From contig OY968796.1 in assembly GCA_963695545.1 (NCBI GenBank), positions 256,001 through 320,000 of the forward strand: DNA of 64,000 nucleotides, written 5' to 3'. A program made the translations under genes and the position numbers. The stretch comes from Terriglobia bacterium (lineage in GTDB: Bacteria > Acidobacteriota > Terriglobia > Acidiferrales > UBA7541). Below the pieces are notes generated by a model that saw nothing but the letters and a program-made list of their open reading frames with translations, did not search any database and had not been told where the DNA came from. Below, piece by piece: positions 52,927 to 62,671 of this stretch; position 1 is the stretch's first letter; each line of letters opens with the position of its first letter.

Positions 52927-53805
52927 GTGAAGCGACGGCAACCCAGAACCGAAGCGCGCCAATTAGTCATCCTGACGGGCCTCAGCGGCTCGGGCAAAAG
53001 CACGATCCTCAAAGCGTTTGAAGACCTCGGCTTTTACTGCGTCGATAATTTGCCGGTGGATTTGATCCCCACGTTTAGCGAACTCCATCGCCACGGCAAC
53101 ACCGAAATCGAGCGCGCCGCGCTTTTAGTTGACGTTCGCGAGGGCGTGCAAATCGAGCAGTTGCCGCGGATTCTGCGCGAACTTCGCCGCGACACGCCCG
53201 CCACGCTCGTGTTCGTCGAAGCTTCCGAGCTCGCGCTCTTGCGCCGCTTCAGCGAAACTCGCCGTCCGCATCCGCTTGAGCACGATGTGCCCATCCGCGA
53301 AGCGCTCAAACGCGAGCGCGAACTCATGGCGCCGATCCGCAAGGTCGCCGACATCGTCATCGACACCACGAAATTCAACGTGCACGAGCTGCGCCAATTC
53401 ATCACCAAGAGTTTTTTCAGTCCCGGCCAATCGCCGCTGATGGTCGGCGTGGTCAGCTTCGGATATCGTTACGGCGTGCCGGCCGACGCCGACCTGGTTT
53501 TTGACGTGCGCTTTCTCCCGAATCCGCATTTCATCCCGCGCCTCCGCAAATATTCAGGCCTAAACCCGCGCGTCGCGCGCTACATCAATTCATTTCCAGA
53601 GACCGGACAATTTCTAAAGCGCATCGAGAGTTTGCTGAAGTATCTGATCCCGCTTTATGTGCGCGAAGGCAAAAGCTATCTGACGATCGCATTCGGTTGC
53701 ACCGGCGGACGGCACCGCTCGGTCACTCTTGCGGCAGCGGTGCGCGCCGCGCTCGAAAAGCGCGGATATACAGCCAAAACCGTGCATCGCGACATCGATA
53801 AGTAG
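52927..53805 (+). CDS. rapZ: RNase adapter / P-loop nucleotide-binding protein
   Basis: TGLSGSGKS, CVDNLP, ETRRPHP, DVRFLPNP, GCTGGRHRSV. Confidence 0.95.
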   Translation: MKRRQPRTEARQLVILTGLSGSGKSTILKAFEDLGFYCVDNLPVDLIPTFSELHRHGNTEIERAALLVDVREGVQIEQLPRILRELRRDTPATLVFVEASELALLRRFSETRRPHPLEHDVPIREALKRERELMAPIRKVADIVIDTTKFNVHELRQFITKSFFSPGQSPLMVGVVSFGYRYGVPADADLVFDVRFLPNPHFIPRLRKYSGLNPRVARYINSFPETGQFLKRIESLLKYLIPLYVREGKSYLTIAFGCTGGRHRSVTLAAAVRAALEKRGYTAKTVHRDIDK

Positions 53806-53833
53806 TCAGAGACGTAAGGAAGTCTCACGCGGC

Positions 53834-53862
53834 TTGACATCTGTGCGGGCGATTCGTAGCGT
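53834..53862 (+). promoter_or_regulatory. sigma70 promoter upstream of the MsbA-like gene
   Basis: TTGACA-17nt-TAGCGT. Confidence 0.6.
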
Positions 53863-53901
53863 AGCGGTTCTCCCCGCGGATTTTCGGAGCGCACACGGAG
53901 C

Positions 53902-55776
53902 ATGGCGGTAAAGCGATTCCTCGATGGCGAGTCTCGGCGCCTGCTGCGCTACGTCTGGCCGTATCGCTTTCGCGTGATCGCCGGCATAGCGGCGCTGGCG
54001 TTTGTCGGCCTGGCCGAAGGCCTGATCGCCCTGATGTTCCAGCCGTTGATGGACAACGTGCTGAGCCCCGCGGCGCCCGGCGCGAAGATGGTGCTCCTCA
54101 AGAATCTTCCGATCGTTCACCACGCGCTGCTGTTGAACTCGTTTTTTCCGCACGGCACGCATCACGTCTGGACCATGTTCACGATCGCGCTGCTGGTGTT
54201 GTTTTTCGGCCGCGCCATCGCCGATTACTTCGGCGTGGTCACGCTCGGATACGTTGGCCTCGCCGGCGTCACCGATCTGCGCAACGACATCTACGCGAAG
54301 TTAATCCGGCAACCGGTCGGATTTTTTCAGCAGCACCCCGCCGGGCGCCTCCTTTCCGCCATCATCAACGACACCGAGCGCGTGCGCACCACGCTCTCCG
54401 ACACCGTCGCGGGTTTCTTCCAATATCTCTTCACATTGTTCTTTCTGGTCCTCGTGCTGCTGCTCCTCAGTTGGAAGATGACCATCGGCGTGATGATCTT
54501 CGTGCCCTTGGTCGTCTGGCCGGTCTCCACCTTCGGCCGGCGCATCCGCCGCGCTGTCGGACGTGTTCAAACCGGCTTCGGCGAAATGACGCAAATCGTG
54601 CAAGAGACCATTGCCGGCAATCGCGTCGTAAAGGCGTTCGGCATGGAAGGCTTCGAGATCGCAAAATTCCGCGACGCTGCCCGCCGCCTCTTGCGCGAAA
54701 ACATGGATTGGATCCGCAACACTGCCCGCACCTCGCCGGCCATGGATATTCTCGCCGCCGTCGCCGTCTGCTTGGCGGTGGCCTTTGCGCGCACGCAGAT
54801 CAAGATCGGCGCGCTCACCACCGGCGCATTCGTCGCGTTCGCTTACGCCATGTTCAAGGCCTACGAGCCCGTCAAAGGCCTCGGCGCGGTGTACCAACAT
54901 CTGCAGGAAGCGCACGGCGCCACCGCGCAAGTATTCGCGTTCCTCGACCTGCAGGAAGAATTGTCCGACGAGGTAGGAGCCAGAGTGTTGCCGCCGTTTT
55001 CCCGCGACGTCGAATTTGAGAACGTAAGTTTCAGCTACGACGGTAATCGCACGCCGATTCTTTGCGGCATCAATTTGAAGGCCAATCGCGGCGAAGTCCT
55101 GGCCATCGTCGGATCCAGCGGCGCCGGCAAAACCACGCTCGTCAATTTGCTGCCGCGCTTTTACGCCGCAAGCTCGGGCGCGGTTCGCTTGGACGGCCTC
55201 GACGTGCGCGAAGCCACGCTGCGTTCCCTTCGCGAACAAATGGCCATCGTCACGCAAGAAACCGTACTCTTCAACGACACGGTCTGGAACAACATCTGCT
55301 ACGGCCAGCCCGGACTTCCTGAAGAGCGCGTCTTAAATGCCGCAAAAGTTGCGTTGGCGCACGATTTCATCGTCGCGCTGCCCAAGGGCTATCAGACCAT
55401 CATCGGCGATCAGGGCATGCGCCTTTCCGGCGGCCAACGCCAACGCCTCGCGATCGCCCGCGCTGTGCTGAAAGATTGCCCGATTCTCATTCTCGATGAA
55501 GCGACCTCCGAACTCGATTCCGAATCCGAGCAGCTCGTGCAGCGCGCGCTCGCCAATCTGATGACCGGGCGCACTTCGTTCGTCATCGCGCACCGCCTCT
55601 CCACCATTCGCCGCGCCGACAAAATTGTGGTCCTCGAAGACGGCGTGATTCGCGAAACCGGCACGCATCAGCAACTCCTCGCCGGCGGCGGCACGTACGC
55701 GCGCCTCTACGAAATGCAATTCGCGGACGACGACCTGCCGCCCGCCTCCGCGCCGAGAGGACCGCTGCCCTCATGA
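53902..55776 (+). CDS. msbA: Lipid A export ABC transporter, MsbA-like (TMD + NBD)
   Basis: Six-TM domain, GSSGAGKTT, LSGGQRQR, LDEATS; LPS gene context. Confidence 0.8.
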   Translation: MAVKRFLDGESRRLLRYVWPYRFRVIAGIAALAFVGLAEGLIALMFQPLMDNVLSPAAPGAKMVLLKNLPIVHHALLLNSFFPHGTHHVWTMFTIALLVLFFGRAIADYFGVVTLGYVGLAGVTDLRNDIYAKLIRQPVGFFQQHPAGRLLSAIINDTERVRTTLSDTVAGFFQYLFTLFFLVLVLLLLSWKMTIGVMIFVPLVVWPVSTFGRRIRRAVGRVQTGFGEMTQIVQETIAGNRVVKAFGMEGFEIAKFRDAARRLLRENMDWIRNTARTSPAMDILAAVAVCLAVAFARTQIKIGALTTGAFVAFAYAMFKAYEPVKGLGAVYQHLQEAHGATAQVFAFLDLQEELSDEVGARVLPPFSRDVEFENVSFSYDGNRTPILCGINLKANRGEVLAIVGSSGAGKTTLVNLLPRFYAASSGAVRLDGLDVREATLRSLREQMAIVTQETVLFNDTVWNNICYGQPGLPEERVLNAAKVALAHDFIVALPKGYQTIIGDQGMRLSGGQRQRLAIARAVLKDCPILILDEATSELDSESEQLVQRALANLMTGRTSFVIAHRLSTIRRADKIVVLEDGVIRETGTHQQLLAGGGTYARLYEMQFADDDLPPASAPRGPLPS

Positions 55777-56702
55777 GCGCTCCGCCGAATGATGTGCGCT
55801 CAATGACCGGCTTCGCCCAATCGCGATCCGAGGAAAACGGCTGGCGCCTGCGCGTCAGCGTCCGCAGCGTCAATCACCGTTTTCTCGACGTGCGCGTCCA
55901 TCTGCCGAGCGGCCTCGAAACCATCGAACCGCGTATCCGCCAGATGCTGCGCGATCGCATGCGCCGCGGTCACGTTGATGTCACCGTGCATTTCGAGTCG
56001 CTCGCGCCAAACGCTGCGCGCGTGAACCCCGACGTCGCCGAAGCCTATCTGAAAGCCGCCGAAGAGTTGCGCCGCAAATTCGGCTTGACCACCGAGCCCG
56101 ATCTCGTCGGCCTCTTCCGCCTCCCCGGTGTGGTCGCCTCTTCCGGAGAAACCGGTGACCTCGGCGATGCGCCCGAAGAAAAAGAAGAAAAACTCGGCCG
56201 CGCCGTCGAAGGCTGCCTCTCGCAAGGCCTGAAACAACTCGATGAAATGCGCGCCGCTGAAGGCCGTGCCCTGGTGCGCGAGATGCGTTCCCTGCTCGCG
56301 CGAATCGCCGCGCGCACTGCGCGCGTCGAAGAAATCGCTGTAAGCGCCCGCCCCGCCATGGCCAAGCACCTCGCCGCGCGCCTTGCCGAAATGCTCGGCG
56401 AAGCGCAAATCGATCCCACGCGCCTCGCGCAGGAAGCCGCTCTGATCGTCGAGCGCGGCGACACCAGCGAAGAGCTCGCGCGCCTGCACAGCCATCTCCA
56501 ACAATTCGGCGCGCTGCTCGATGCAGGCGGCGAAGTCGGCAAAAAACTCGATTTTCTGCTTCAAGAAATGCAGCGCGAGGCCAATACTCTGCTCTCGAAA
56601 ACGCCGGGCGTCGAGCGCGACGGCCTTGAAATCACCGGCCTTGGCCTCGAAATCAAATCCGACATCGAAAAATTGCGCGAACAAGTGCAGAACGTCGAGT
56701 GA
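55773..56702 (+). CDS. yicC: YicC/YloC family endoribonuclease
   Basis: SMTGF, RSVNHRFLD, GKKLDFLLQEMQREANT, EKLREQVQNVE. Confidence 0.95.
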   Translation: MSAPPNDVRSMTGFAQSRSEENGWRLRVSVRSVNHRFLDVRVHLPSGLETIEPRIRQMLRDRMRRGHVDVTVHFESLAPNAARVNPDVAEAYLKAAEELRRKFGLTTEPDLVGLFRLPGVVASSGETGDLGDAPEEKEEKLGRAVEGCLSQGLKQLDEMRAAEGRALVREMRSLLARIAARTARVEEIAVSARPAMAKHLAARLAEMLGEAQIDPTRLAQEAALIVERGDTSEELARLHSHLQQFGALLDAGGEVGKKLDFLLQEMQREANTLLSKTPGVERDGLEITGLGLEIKSDIEKLREQVQNVE

Positions 56703-57325
56703 CGCCCGAGAATCCCAATCCGCTTGTGATCATCGTCTCCGGCCCCTCCGGCTCCGGCAAATCCACGCTGGTCTCCAAGCTCCGCGAGCTGCCCGGCACG
56801 CTGTTTTCCGTCTCGTACACCACGCGCCCTCCGCGCACGCAGGAGAGCCCCGGAAAATGGTATGATTTCATCTCCGAGCAAGAATTCGAGCGCATGGTCC
56901 GCGGGGGCGAGTTCCTCGAATTCGCTCAGGTGTTCGGCTGTCACTGGTACGGCACGCCGCGCAAGTGGCTCGAAAAGGCCCGGAAAGAAGGGCTCGATCT
57001 GGTTCTCGAAATCGACGTGCAGGGCGCGGCCCAGGTGAAAGCGAAAATTCCCGAGGCCGTGGCGATTTTCATCCTGCCGCCCTCGCGGAAAGAACTCGAA
57101 CGCCGCCTGCGCGCCCGCGGCCAGGATTCCGACGATTCAATTGCGAAGCGTCTCGAACGCGCCCGCAAGGAAGTTGAGCGTTATCGCGAGTACGACTACT
57201 TGATCGTTAACGACGATCTCGAGCGCGCCGACAACACCATTCTGGCGATCGCGCTCGCCGAACGCGCCGCGCGCCGCGTCATGCAACAGCGCGCGCAAGA
57301 AATTCTAGATTCCTTCGGAGGATGA
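56699..57325 (+). CDS. gmk: Guanylate kinase
   Basis: SGPSGSGKST, SYTTRPPR, YGTP, EIDVQGA. Confidence 0.96.
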   Translation: MTPENPNPLVIIVSGPSGSGKSTLVSKLRELPGTLFSVSYTTRPPRTQESPGKWYDFISEQEFERMVRGGEFLEFAQVFGCHWYGTPRKWLEKARKEGLDLVLEIDVQGAAQVKAKIPEAVAIFILPPSRKELERRLRARGQDSDDSIAKRLERARKEVERYREYDYLIVNDDLERADNTILAIALAERAARRVMQQRAQEILDSFGG

Positions 57326-57330
57326 TTCTG

Positions 57331-57552
57331 ATGCCGATTCAAAGTGAAGCCCCGGAATGCAGATTTTCTTTTGTGGTCATCGCCGCCCGCCGCGCGCGGC
57401 AATTGATGGCCGGCGCCCCGCCGATGGTGGCTCCGCGCTCGCATAAGCCCACGCGCGTGGCCGTCGAAGAACTCGAAAGCGGCGTCCTCGAATTCAATTT
57501 GCCCGAAGAGCCCGAAGACATCACCAAAGACGCTAAACGCAAGAAGGATTAA
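57331..57552 (+). CDS. rpoZ: RNA polymerase omega subunit
   Basis: RFSFVVIAARRARQL, KPTRVAVEEL; between gmk and coaBC; alternative start 57322. Confidence 0.92.
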   Translation: MPIQSEAPECRFSFVVIAARRARQLMAGAPPMVAPRSHKPTRVAVEELESGVLEFNLPEEPEDITKDAKRKKD

Positions 57553-57565
57553 CCAAGGCATCTCC

Positions 57566-58867
57566 ATGCGCATTGCTCTCGGAGTTTCGGGCGGCGTGGC
57601 CGCGTACAAGGCGGCCGAACTGGTGCGGCGTCTCCAGCAGGATGGCCTCGACGTTCAGGTCATCATGACCTCGAGCGCCCAGGAATTCGTCACGCCCCTT
57701 ACCTTCGCCGCGCTCACCGGCCAAAAAGTCATCACCGATATGTTCGGCCGCGACGCAGCCCCGGCCAATGTTGAAAGCGCGATCGAGCACGTCGCCGTCG
57801 CGCAGCGCATTGACGCGCTGGTCGTCGCGCCCGCCACAGCCAACACGCTCGCCAAAATGGCGCGCGGCGCGGCCGACGATTTCCTCACCACGCTCTATCT
57901 CGCAACCACCGCGCCCGTGATCGTCGCCCCTGCGATGAACGTGAATATGTGGGAGCACGCCGCGACGCAGGAAAATATCGCGCTGCTTCGCGCGCGCGGC
58001 GTTCACGTCGTCGCGCCCGAAGAAGGCTATCTCGCCTGCGGCATGACGGGCGCTGGCCGCCTCGCCGCCACCGAAGCGATCGTCGAAACCGTGCGCTCCG
58101 TGCTCGGTCTGCGCCGCGATCTCGCCGCCGAATCCATTCTGATCACCGCCGGCCCCACGCGCGAAGATATCGATCCCGTGCGCTATCTCACGAATCGCTC
58201 CTCCGGAAAAATGGGTTACGCGCTCGCGCTTGCCGCCGTGCGCCGCGGTGCGCGCGTCACGCTCGTCAGCGGACCGGTCGAACTCGCCGCGCCGCAGGGC
58301 ACCGATCTCGTCCCCGTGCGCAGCGCCGAACAGATGCATCGCGCCGTGCTTGAGCATTTGCCCGGCGCGACCGTCGTGATCATGGCCGCGGCCGTCGCCG
58401 ATTACCGCCCCGTCGCGCCCGCCACGAAAAAAATCAAGCGCCGCCCGGGCCCCATGACGCTCGAACTCGAATCCACGCCCGACATCCTGGCCGATGTGGC
58501 TCGTGAGAAAAATTCAGCGCGAGAAAAAAATAGCGCCCGCGAAAAAACCGATCGCATCCTCGTCGGTTTCGCCGCGGAAACCGAAGACGTCGCCGCGCAC
58601 GCCCGCGCCAAGCTCTCCGCCAAGCACGCCGATCTGATCGTCGCCAACGACGTCACCGCGCCCGGCTCCGGTTTCGATCACGATACCAACATCGTCACGC
58701 TCTATCCCGCCGACGGTTCCGAAATCGCCCTGCCGCGCATGAGCAAGCTCGACGTCGCCGGCCGCATCCTCGATCAAGTGCTCGAACTGCGCCGCGCGCG
58801 CGACGCGCAATCGCACGCGCCGGCCGCGCCCGCCGCGCCAGCGCCCGTCACACACGGTCGTCACTGA
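57566..58867 (+). CDS. coaBC: Bifunctional phosphopantothenoylcysteine decarboxylase/synthase
   Basis: GGVAAYK, APAMN, TAGPTRE.IDPVRY, NRSSGKMG, VGFAAET. Confidence 0.96.
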   Translation: MRIALGVSGGVAAYKAAELVRRLQQDGLDVQVIMTSSAQEFVTPLTFAALTGQKVITDMFGRDAAPANVESAIEHVAVAQRIDALVVAPATANTLAKMARGAADDFLTTLYLATTAPVIVAPAMNVNMWEHAATQENIALLRARGVHVVAPEEGYLACGMTGAGRLAATEAIVETVRSVLGLRRDLAAESILITAGPTREDIDPVRYLTNRSSGKMGYALALAAVRRGARVTLVSGPVELAAPQGTDLVPVRSAEQMHRAVLEHLPGATVVIMAAAVADYRPVAPATKKIKRRPGPMTLELESTPDILADVAREKNSAREKNSAREKTDRILVGFAAETEDVAAHARAKLSAKHADLIVANDVTAPGSGFDHDTNIVTLYPADGSEIALPRMSKLDVAGRILDQVLELRRARDAQSHAPAAPAAPAPVTHGRH

Positions 58868-58873
58868 TCGCAG

Positions 58874-59785
58874 ATGGATTCCCTCCCCCCCGACGATCCG
58901 CGACAAAAACTCACCGCCTGGCTCCGCTATTACGAAGACCTACGCATCGGCCCGTTCTATCGCGATCGCCACGCATCGCCCGCCAAGCCGCTCGTCATCG
59001 GCCGCGCAATGCGCTCGTCCTCTGGCGCCGCGGCACCAACCGAATCGCCCGCGTTGTCTCCCGCAGCGCAAGCCGCGCCGCGCCAAAAACAATCCGCGCC
59101 TGCGCCGAAGCCCCCCGCGCCATCGTCTCGCCCCGCATCGTACGCGCCGACCGCCGCACTCCCTGTCCTCCAATCTCCTTCGCTCTTCGACGCCTCCGAG
59201 CGCATCGTCGGCGACACGCTCGAACGCATTCGCGCCGATCTCGGCGATTGCACGCGCTGCCGCCTCCACAAAACGCGCACCAACATCGTCTTCGGCGTCG
59301 GCAACGCGAAAGCCTCTCTTGTTTTCGTCGGCGAAGGCCCCGGCCACGACGAAGATCTCCAGGGCATTCCCTTCGTCGGTCGCGCCGGCAAGCTGCTCAC
59401 GCAAATGATCGAAGCCATGGGCCTGCGCCGCGACGACGTTTACATCGCCAACGTCGTAAAATGCCGCCCGCCCGAAAATCGCACGCCCGAAAAAGACGAA
59501 GTCGCCACCTGCTCGCCCTATCTCTTGCGCCAAATCGACGCCATCGCCCCCAAAGTGATCGTCTGCCTCGGCAACGTCGCCTCCCAATCGCTCCTGGGCA
59601 CCACGAACTCCATCTCAAAATATCGCGGCCAGTGGTTCGACTATCGCGGCACAAAATTAATCGCCACGTATCACCCCGCGTATCTGCTCCGCAATCCCGC
59701 CGCCAAAAGCGACGTCTGGCTCGACCTGAAAAAAGTGATGGTCGAGCTCGGCCTCCCCCTAAACCGCTCCCGCCGCGCCGACTGA
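58874..59785 (+). CDS. Uracil-DNA glycosylase family 4
   Basis: CTRCRL, GEGPG, FVGRAG, KCRPPENR, TYHPAYLLR. Confidence 0.94.
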   Translation: MDSLPPDDPRQKLTAWLRYYEDLRIGPFYRDRHASPAKPLVIGRAMRSSSGAAAPTESPALSPAAQAAPRQKQSAPAPKPPAPSSRPASYAPTAALPVLQSPSLFDASERIVGDTLERIRADLGDCTRCRLHKTRTNIVFGVGNAKASLVFVGEGPGHDEDLQGIPFVGRAGKLLTQMIEAMGLRRDDVYIANVVKCRPPENRTPEKDEVATCSPYLLRQIDAIAPKVIVCLGNVASQSLLGTTNSISKYRGQWFDYRGTKLIATYHPAYLLRNPAAKSDVWLDLKKVMVELGLPLNRSRRAD

Positions 59786-59948
59786 GCGCCGCACTCCGCT
59801 CGAGTCGACGTATTGGTCTACGCGCGCGCCGCTCTTCGCGCCACGAACATCAGCGCGGCCCCGCCGTCATTTGTCATTTTGAACGGAGTCTGCGGGCGTC
59901 ACAAAATCAGCCGAGAAACTCTGCGCCACGCTCGCAAGAGCGCCTACG

Positions 59949-60932
59949 TTACTTCGACGCGGCCTGGTGCGTCGCGGGCGTCACCGTCGACGAATCCGCC
60001 GGAGTCGGCACGCCAAACGTGTTCAGCAATTTCCCGCTCGCCACATCCCACAGCTTGATCGTGTTGTCGGCATTTCCGGAAGCCAGACTGTGCCCGTCCG
60101 GACTGAAGGCCAACGCACCGGGGTTGCCGGAAGGATCGGAGAGTGAACGCAGCGCTTTGCCGCTCGCAACATCCCACAGTGCAATCGTACCGTCCCCACT
60201 GGACGAAGCCAGCGTGTGACCGTCCGGGCTGAACTCCAGATAGGAAGTCCAGAATTTTGTGCTCGACAACGTAAACGTGACCTCGCCCGTCGTGGCGTCC
60301 CACAATTGAATCGAATTCATCGGATCCCCCGCGTCGCTCTCGGCTCCCGGAGAATCGTCATTTCCCGCAGCCAGCGTGTGCCCGTCCGGGCTGATCGCCA
60401 CGACTTTTGGCTTGTCGCTGCCGGTGGGTATCAGTTTGGTTTGCTTCCCCGTCGCGACGTGATAGAGCCTGATCGAAAAATCGTCGCTTCCTGACACCAG
60501 CGTCTTCCCGTCGTTGCTGAACACCATGTCCTCGATCTTCAGCCCGTTCCCGGAAAGTGTGTGGAGTTTCGCCCCGGTCGAGACGCTCCACAGAAATATC
60601 GTGAAGTTGTCCGAGAAATAGACCGCGTTATTTGTCGCCGCCAGCGTCCGCCCGTCCGGGCTCAGCGTGTCGTTGTTCTCGACCGATCGAGTGGGAACGG
60701 CAAGCGCGCGTCGCGATTTCCCCTTCGCGATGTCCCACACCGTAACCGTAAACGTCCCCGGCTTCGTAAAGCTCATCACGAAGATCGAGCGTCCATCGCT
60801 GCTGAACGCAACTGAATTGATCCAACTGTTCGGACCGTAGTCGGCCCCCTGCGCCGGCTTCCGCCCGTTGCCCCACGCGCAAGCCGCCAGCGCAATCACC
60901 ATCGCGCACGCGCCCCAAATTTTCTTCCTCAT
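59949..60932 (-). CDS. Secreted WD40-repeat protein
   Basis: Signal peptide MRKKIWG...; repeated FSPDGHTLAS...IxLWD. Confidence 0.9.
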   Translation of the reverse strand: MRKKIWGACAMVIALAACAWGNGRKPAQGADYGPNSWINSVAFSSDGRSIFVMSFTKPGTFTVTVWDIAKGKSRRALAVPTRSVENNDTLSPDGRTLAATNNAVYFSDNFTIFLWSVSTGAKLHTLSGNGLKIEDMVFSNDGKTLVSGSDDFSIRLYHVATGKQTKLIPTGSDKPKVVAISPDGHTLAAGNDDSPGAESDAGDPMNSIQLWDATTGEVTFTLSSTKFWTSYLEFSPDGHTLASSSGDGTIALWDVASGKALRSLSDPSGNPGALAFSPDGHSLASGNADNTIKLWDVASGKLLNTFGVPTPADSSTVTPATHQAASK

Positions 60933-61033
60933 ATCCACCCCGCCGACGAATCGGAATTGGCACAGCCCTGCGCGCTGCCGGCGTCCGGCGCCGCTCGCCG
61001 ATGTGCGCGCGCAAACCCGCGCAAGCCCCTGCG

Positions 61034-62119
61034 CTACTGAGTTCCGCCCGCGGATCCCGTGTTCGCATCCGGCGGATTCGCCACGCCGAATGTCCGCAGC
61101 AGTTTCCCGCTCGCCACATCCCACATCTTGATCGTGTTGTCATCGCTTCCCGAGGCCAGCGTGTGCCCGTCCCGGCTGAAGGCAATCGAAGTCACGAAAT
61201 CGGTATGGCCGGTCAGCGTCTGCAGCACTTTCCCGGTCGCGACGTCGATCAGATGGATCGCGTAATTATCGCTTTGCGACGCGAGCGTGCGGCCATCGGG
61301 GCTAAACACCACGGGATAGCCCTCGCCAGCGAATTGGCGAATCACCTGCCAGGTAGAGACGTCCCATAGCGCGACCGTATTATCGGAACTCGTCGAGGTC
61401 AGCGTGTGCCCATCCGGGCTGAAGACCACATCGGAGACATCTTTCGGCAGCGTGCGGATGATCTCGCCGGTCGAGACGTCCCACAGATCGATCGTATTGA
61501 TCGCATCCGCCGGGTTGCGAGAATTGATTAGCTGATAGTTGCTGCTCGCGCTCGCGAGCGTGTGCCCGTCTGGGCTGAACGACACGGCGAAGACCATACC
61601 GACATTGTCATACATCGTGCGAACTAGACGGCCCGTCGCGACATCCCACAGCATGATCGATTGGTCCTGACTTCCCGAGGCCAGTGTCCGTCCGTCGGGG
61701 CTGAACTCGTTGTCGTCGGTTTGCTTCGTGTGCCCGGTCATGGCGTGGAGCGTCTTCCCGGTCGCGACGTCCCACAGCGTGACCGTGAAGTGCTCAAAAT
61801 CCGTATTCAGACTACCTCCCGCGACCAGCGTGCGCGCGTCGGGACTGAAGGCGTACCCGTCGTACAGAACTGGCGCGTTGCTTGAGAATGTGCGACGCGA
61901 TTTTCCCGTCGCGATGTCCCACAAAGTAATCGTAAGAACTGCCGGCTCGTCAAAGCCCGCCACAACGATCGTGCGCCCATCCGCGCTGAACGCCACGCAA
62001 TTCATGCCTTTGCCCGGGCCGTACCCGAACTGCGGCGCAGCCGGTTTCCGCGCATGCCCCCAAACGCAAGCCGCCAGCGCAATCACGATCACCGGAACAT
62101 GCCACAATTTTTTCATCAT
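61034..62119 (-). CDS. Secreted WD40-repeat protein (paralog of 59949-60932)
   Basis: Signal peptide MMKKLWH...; repeated FSPDGRTLAS...LWDV. Confidence 0.9.
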   Translation of the reverse strand: MMKKLWHVPVIVIALAACVWGHARKPAAPQFGYGPGKGMNCVAFSADGRTIVVAGFDEPAVLTITLWDIATGKSRRTFSSNAPVLYDGYAFSPDARTLVAGGSLNTDFEHFTVTLWDVATGKTLHAMTGHTKQTDDNEFSPDGRTLASGSQDQSIMLWDVATGRLVRTMYDNVGMVFAVSFSPDGHTLASASSNYQLINSRNPADAINTIDLWDVSTGEIIRTLPKDVSDVVFSPDGHTLTSTSSDNTVALWDVSTWQVIRQFAGEGYPVVFSPDGRTLASQSDNYAIHLIDVATGKVLQTLTGHTDFVTSIAFSRDGHTLASGSDDNTIKMWDVASGKLLRTFGVANPPDANTGSAGGTQ

Positions 62120-62150
62120 CTCTCCCTCGCAGGCGTATTCGAATCCCAAG

Positions 62151-62179
62151 AGGCTAGGCGGTAGCGGCGCGAGTGTCAA
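62151..62179 (-). promoter_or_regulatory. sigma70 promoter for the WD40 pair
   Basis: TTGACA-17nt-TAGCCT. Confidence 0.6.
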
Positions 62180-62232
62180 ACCGCCGGCTTTTTGCCAACC
62201 TGTGGATATCTATTCGAATACTAATTTAGTTA

Positions 62233-62261
62233 TTGACAATAGAATGCCTCTGCGCTATCAT
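62233..62261 (+). promoter_or_regulatory. sigma70 promoter reading into element copy 2
   Basis: TTGACA-17nt-TATCAT; GTG 5 nt downstream; no annotated plus-strand gene follows before the convergent hydrolase. Confidence 0.75.
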
Positions 62262-62389
62262 CCTCCGTGTTCCCCGATCCCAATTCGAATACTTCCCATC
62301 ACCGCCTTCCGGAAAAGGCGTCCGCCCGGGTTGGCATTACGCTCCCGTCGAATTCCGCCGTCTTCCGCGCCTCCCAACTCGCACAATTC

Positions 62390-62570
62390 CGCACATCCTG
62401 CGCACTTACCCCTCCCGCAACCACCTTGTTTTCAATCAAATACAAAAGAGTGCGCAACTCGCTCATAATAAACGATATTAACTCCCTGCCTTTTCACACT
62501 CATCCGCACTCTTCTCCTGCAAGCCCAATTGTTTCAGCAATTTACGTTTTTGGTGGGGGGTGTATATACC
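62390..62570 (+). repeat. Dispersed intergenic element, copy 2 core (homologous to 30419-30600)
   Basis: Shares CAAAAGAGTGCGCAACTC, TTTTCACACTCATCCGCACTCTT and GGGGGGTRTATATACC with copy 1. Confidence 0.9.
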
Positions 62571-62671
62571 GGCTCCATCCCCGATGGACGCTTCTCGGAC
62601 CATGGGCGAGCCCACTCCATCAAAATCAGCGATTTCTCACCCTGGCTGGGACGGGATCGCCGAACGTGCCG

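Noticed and set aside
30419..62570. The two inverted copies as ends of one 32-kb transposon or invertible segment
   Set aside because: Only ~75% identical, the enclosed DNA is mostly core genes, no recombinase is present, and the strand-bias changes do not fall at the copies
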